This document shows, piece by piece, positions 60,801-64,000 of a stretch of 64,000 nt of DNA. The stretch comes from Antedon mediterranea. Lineage: Eukaryota; Animalia; Echinodermata. Within the stretch, counting starts at the first letter, position 1. Each line of letters opens with the position of its first letter. Under the pieces are notes generated by a model. The model saw only the letters and a program-made list of their open reading frames with translations. It did not search any database and had not been told where the DNA came from. The translations under genes and the position numbers were made by a program. The stretch lies in the NCBI RefSeq assembly GCF_964355755.1, contig NC_092672.1:1426001-1490000 (forward strand). Direction: 5' to 3'.

Positions 60801-62794
60801 AAATGAAAATTAATAAAATCAGATTTTGAATAAGTAATGTTGTAGTGTAAAGTTGACCTCTTCCGCAAAAAAAAAAAAAAAAAATCAGGGGGACAATACA
60901 TCTTTAATTATTGAACGCTGTGACGTAGTATGACGTAGATCTTGTTATTTAACATTATCATACATACCTTGTTATCGAGGTTGCTCCCATGCAGGTCGTG
61001 CTCGAACACCGTGTCGTTTAGGGCGTTGGTGAAGCGGATTAATACAGGCCTTTGCATTCTAACAAGAAAATATATTCTAGTTAAAATAAGCAGCTTATGG
61101 ATGGGGAAAAATAACACTATAAGTCTGAGGTTACTTCATTCTTCCTGTTAAACAATGAATGACAGAGAAAAGGAAATTGTTTGTTTGTTTGTTTTATCTT
61201 TATACTGGGTGACCTCTTCAGTCAAAGACTGATCTCCCAGATGGCCCAGTTGGTGATCAGTGGCTGTGATGTACTAATACATCGGGGTAACCCCTTACTC
61301 GTCTCGAAAGACGGTCTACGGTTTATAGTCCTTATCCGAGAAGACTCGTTCTACCACCAGAACCATGGAGTGAGTGAGCCTCGAACCCCTGCCGATGTTA
61401 TGGCTATGTGATTACGGTTCCACTGTTTTAACCGCTCGGCCACTCACTCGCTGATGGCGTGACAGAAGCAATTAACTATTAGCATAAACCCAAAAATAGA
61501 AGTTATATGCCCAAATATGGTTGTGATATGAGTGCGCTATAGCAATTATTCAACTTTCGTCATGATCTACACTATCAAACTAATTTTATTTATCACTATT
61601 AGTTATTACGTGTGCAATTTCTATGTTTCTAAGTTGTAGTAACAGAATCTAAAGCTCTGTCTACACTATCAAACAAAAAAAGTATGATGTGCTCAAATAT
61701 GGTAGTGATATGCCCAAATATGGTAGTGATATGACATCATCATTTCCATTGGGAACATCGCATTTGTCACATAAAGTTTGATAGTGAGACAGAGCTTTAA
61801 AAAGGAAAAACGCCATCTTGAAAATGATGCTTTAATCTGTTTTTATGTTTAAAAAATCGTTTTGAATTTAAGCCTATTTAATCCGCATGCTTTATGCACT
61901 TCAGTTAAATGTGGAAAAATCGCAGCATAAAATTCACATTAATTAGAATACATTATTTCCAATGGTCACCTTCGGTTGAACTTAAGCAGCAGATGTAGAT
62001 AATTATATAGATTTGAATTAAGTTTCAATTTGTATCAGTTATTAGCGTCCATTAGGCAGAGGATCTCAGATTATTGTGACGTCACTAAGATCCGCATTCA
62101 AACTCTACATGCAGCATACGACGGAAGCAGCACAATCCGTGCGTCGGATACGGTTAGTTGAATATCGACACGAACGGATTATTTCATTAGATAAAATTGA
62201 AAACAAAGGGTTGGTTTCCGGTGCAAGTCGAGAGAAGCAGTCGTCAAATCGACTACTTTCACAAAATACTTAATTTGCATAAAATGTTACCTACTTCGCG
62301 TAGTTGATTGTGAATCTCAGCGTATCGTCTAATAGGGTGAATGTTGCCCTGGCAACCGAATTTGTCCTAACTGCTATCGATGTTCCTGTTAACAATGCAA
62401 CAAAATCTAAAAACAGAAAATAATAATAAAAAAATAAAAAAGTTTGCAAATAACAGAATAAAGAAAATTGTTGGCATAGGGTGGTGGATCTTCAATTTTA
62501 CAATTCTCGAAGTCTCTTCTCTCGAATTTGTTTTGCAAAATCAAAGCTAATAAACTGTTTTATTTAGGAATATTAAATATTTAATTTCTTTCAGTCTCAT
62601 TTTACAATCTATCGCTACTACTAAATACTAATACTAAGTAGCTTTGTTAGTTTCTTGGGTTGGTGAGATAATAAATTAGGCCAAAATCTTACTATATCCT
62701 TGATTCGATTCGGTTGGTAAAACCTCTTCACCTGAAGGGTCATCACCTGTTGGAAAGTCTTTCTCAACAGGGTCTCCCGAATTAGACATTTGTG
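45894..62794 (-). CDS. CHRD: Chordin (BMP antagonist): four CHRD domains plus CR2-CR4; signal peptide and CR1 lie beyond the right edge
   Basis: Exons 62693-62794 (least certain), 62295-62406, 60968-61058, 59468-59609, 58832-59073, 53397-53544, 53199-53308, 52466-52579, 52005-52161, 50663-50889, 49709-49822, 48885-49064, 48655-48757, 47554-47604, 47166-47269, 46750-46915, 46329-46426, 45894-46076; phases consistent. Motifs: FVALLTG...VARATFTL; VCGVWR...HRAL|ETFSSL; GASGSA; TGAAGQAWLSIDRECNLHYE; GEIRGQ; vWC repeats such as CYFEGDQKFHSVGSTWHPYLPPFG. Confidence 0.95.
47003..47113. repeat. 19-bp CpG-rich tandem repeat (cgttgcgcgtacggcgttg), about 6 copies
   Basis: Visible array in a chordin intron. 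Confidence 0.85.
47641..47887. repeat. ~60-bp tandem repeat, 4 copies
   Basis: Unit gcattaataatggatgatagtaggcctacagcgagctgggtatctctccctgtccca. Confidence 0.88.
47904..48085. mobile_element. Palindromic MITE family C (TIR AAGGGTCTTTCACACC)
   Basis: Inverted ends visible. A second copy at about 51274-51986 is interrupted by another element. Confidence 0.8.
49513..49690 (-). mobile_element. tRNA-derived SINE, same family as 6390-6612
   Basis: A and B boxes; closely similar to the 6440-6612 copy. Confidence 0.8.
51290..51819. mobile_element. 530-bp PIF/Harbinger-like non-autonomous element nested in MITE C
   Basis: TIR GGGCGGATTGCTATAA, with a 3-bp CTG duplication at 51287-51289 and 51820-51822. 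Removing it restores the MITE C end ggtctttcatacctgttccgg. Confidence 0.82.
53826..55405. mobile_element. 1.58-kb Kolobok-like non-autonomous DNA transposon nested in MITE A
   Basis: TTAA|AGGGGGATTCTGGGTTTAAAA ... TTTTAAACCCGGAACCCCCCT|TTAA. A TTAA duplication with purine-purine termini is typical of Kolobok. No transposase ORF is visible. Confidence 0.82.
56144..57517. repeat. Compound satellite: ~40-bp SINE-derived units, then about 55 copies of 20-bp agatgtactaagttcttcta
   Basis: Visible array; the 40-bp unit matches the SINE segment at about 61268-61310. Confidence 0.95.
59720..59910. mobile_element. MITE-like element with ~28-bp inverted ends
   Basis: ccaattttacacagacgagcggtaacggt ... 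accgttaccactcgtctttgtaaattgg. Confidence 0.65.
61205..61452 (-). mobile_element. tRNA-derived SINE with conserved-core-like body
   Basis: Minus-strand A box TGGCCGAGCGG and B box GGTTCGAGGC, followed by TCGGATAAGGACTATAAACCG. Related fragments at about 21660-21750 and 56060-56230. Confidence 0.75.
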
Positions 62795-64000
62795 CTGAGG
62801 AAACAAAAATACATATCAATTAGGCCTAAATAATGACGCAACACAAGTAATGGCCAATCACGATGTGAAAGACGATGATCAATCGCGTCGTAATTGGTCG
62901 CGCGCGTACGCGTCAAAGTGGGAGACGATGCGAAACTTAACTAAAAAGACGATGATCAATCGCGTCGTAATTGTACGCGCGCGTACGCGTCAAAGTGGTG
63001 GGAGCCAAACTTCGGATTTATAAGCATGTCAAATTGAGTTGACACTTGGTATTAACATACCTCTCCATGGTATTAAATACAATGTTTTGAAGAAATATTC
63101 TGCTGCTCTGAGTGGCAGCAACAGCAACAGTTTGGTATCGGGGTCAACAGATGGAAATCAGATCCATTTTATTATCAAATTAGTCAAAAGGGCGCCCTCT
63201 TAAAAGATTAACCATCTTCTGGTCATTCTCGGTGGACCACAGAGCGGATATAAAATAAAGAGATTTATGGACCGAAAAAATCTTAAATTTAACAAAAAAA
63301 TTCCTGGGTGTTAATTTAAAGTTTATTTATGAACAAGGTATTTTCTGTTTATTTTATGTGAAATTATTTAATGGTACTGCAATATCAGTGAATTTGTTTA
63401 TGAAATAACATTATATAAAAGAGTGGAAAAAAACATGGAAAGCAGATCGGAAGGTAAGACTACATAATATTTCCGTTTCATAGGTTTTATAGATCTACAT
63501 TTTCACAAAAAGTGCATTCATTTTGTGTTCGTACCGTCGAGAGCGCAAATTATGACGTACACCGCATCACGCGCGCGCACGTTGCACACTATTCGTCAAG
63601 GACGACTTTCGTTGTCGCTGGCCCAGCAGGCCTATCTGTATACAACTATATCTAAACAATTAGTCTGTAGTTTTAAAAAATGTCAGTGTTTAGTCAAATT
63701 GAACGAAGAAAATGAATTATTCCTGCGAGATCTTAGGCCAGGAGGACAAGGCCATCGGAGGTTGCGAGATGAAACATTTAAGCTGTCGGATTACCATAAA
63801 TATTTCAAACAGATTCTCCCAAAAAAAAGAACAAGCCTAGCATTAATCACGAAAACCTCAGGTATATGAAGCAGGTCGATTAATTGGATTAATTCACATC
63901 AACTAAAAATTACATGTATGAGGCGCCAAAGTGTAAATAATTGCGAATTTCATGTTTATTGGGACAAACAGATACTTTTTCACTATGAACTAGGCTATAC

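Noticed and set aside
63525-63869. 114-aa plus-strand ORF in the chordin intron
   Set aside because: No recognisable domain or splice partner. It may be a transposon remnant, but I cannot support that without a search.

Overview
AT-rich, intron-rich animal genomic DNA, not prokaryotic. The gene set suggests an invertebrate bilaterian, plausibly a deuterostome such as an echinoderm; this taxon is an inference. Splicing exons by hand with GT-AG sites and phase checks gives six protein-coding genes: (1) the 5' part of a CCDC30-like coiled-coil gene (minus, runs off the left edge); (2) a complete FoxJ2/3 (minus, 8 coding exons, 457 aa); (3) a complete COP9 signalosome subunit 7 (plus, 7 exons, 269 aa); (4) a complete but divergent Galpha-s-family subunit (minus, 12 exons, 411 aa); (5) a tandem cyclic-nucleotide-binding-domain protein (minus, 8 exons, about 555 aa); (6) most of chordin (minus, 5' end beyond the right edge). 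Non-coding DNA is rich in MITEs (three nested insertions with target-site duplications), tRNA-derived SINEs and minisatellites. The most notable observations are a Galpha-s paralog with no N-terminal Cys but an internal GCCG insert, next to a degenerate cNMP-binding gene; a FoxJ intron minisatellite made of in-frame splice donors; an orphan Staf/ZNF143-like promoter signature; and inverted repeats around an in-frame chordin exon pair. All functional interpretations are hypotheses. No database search was run, and comparisons with human genes are from memory.
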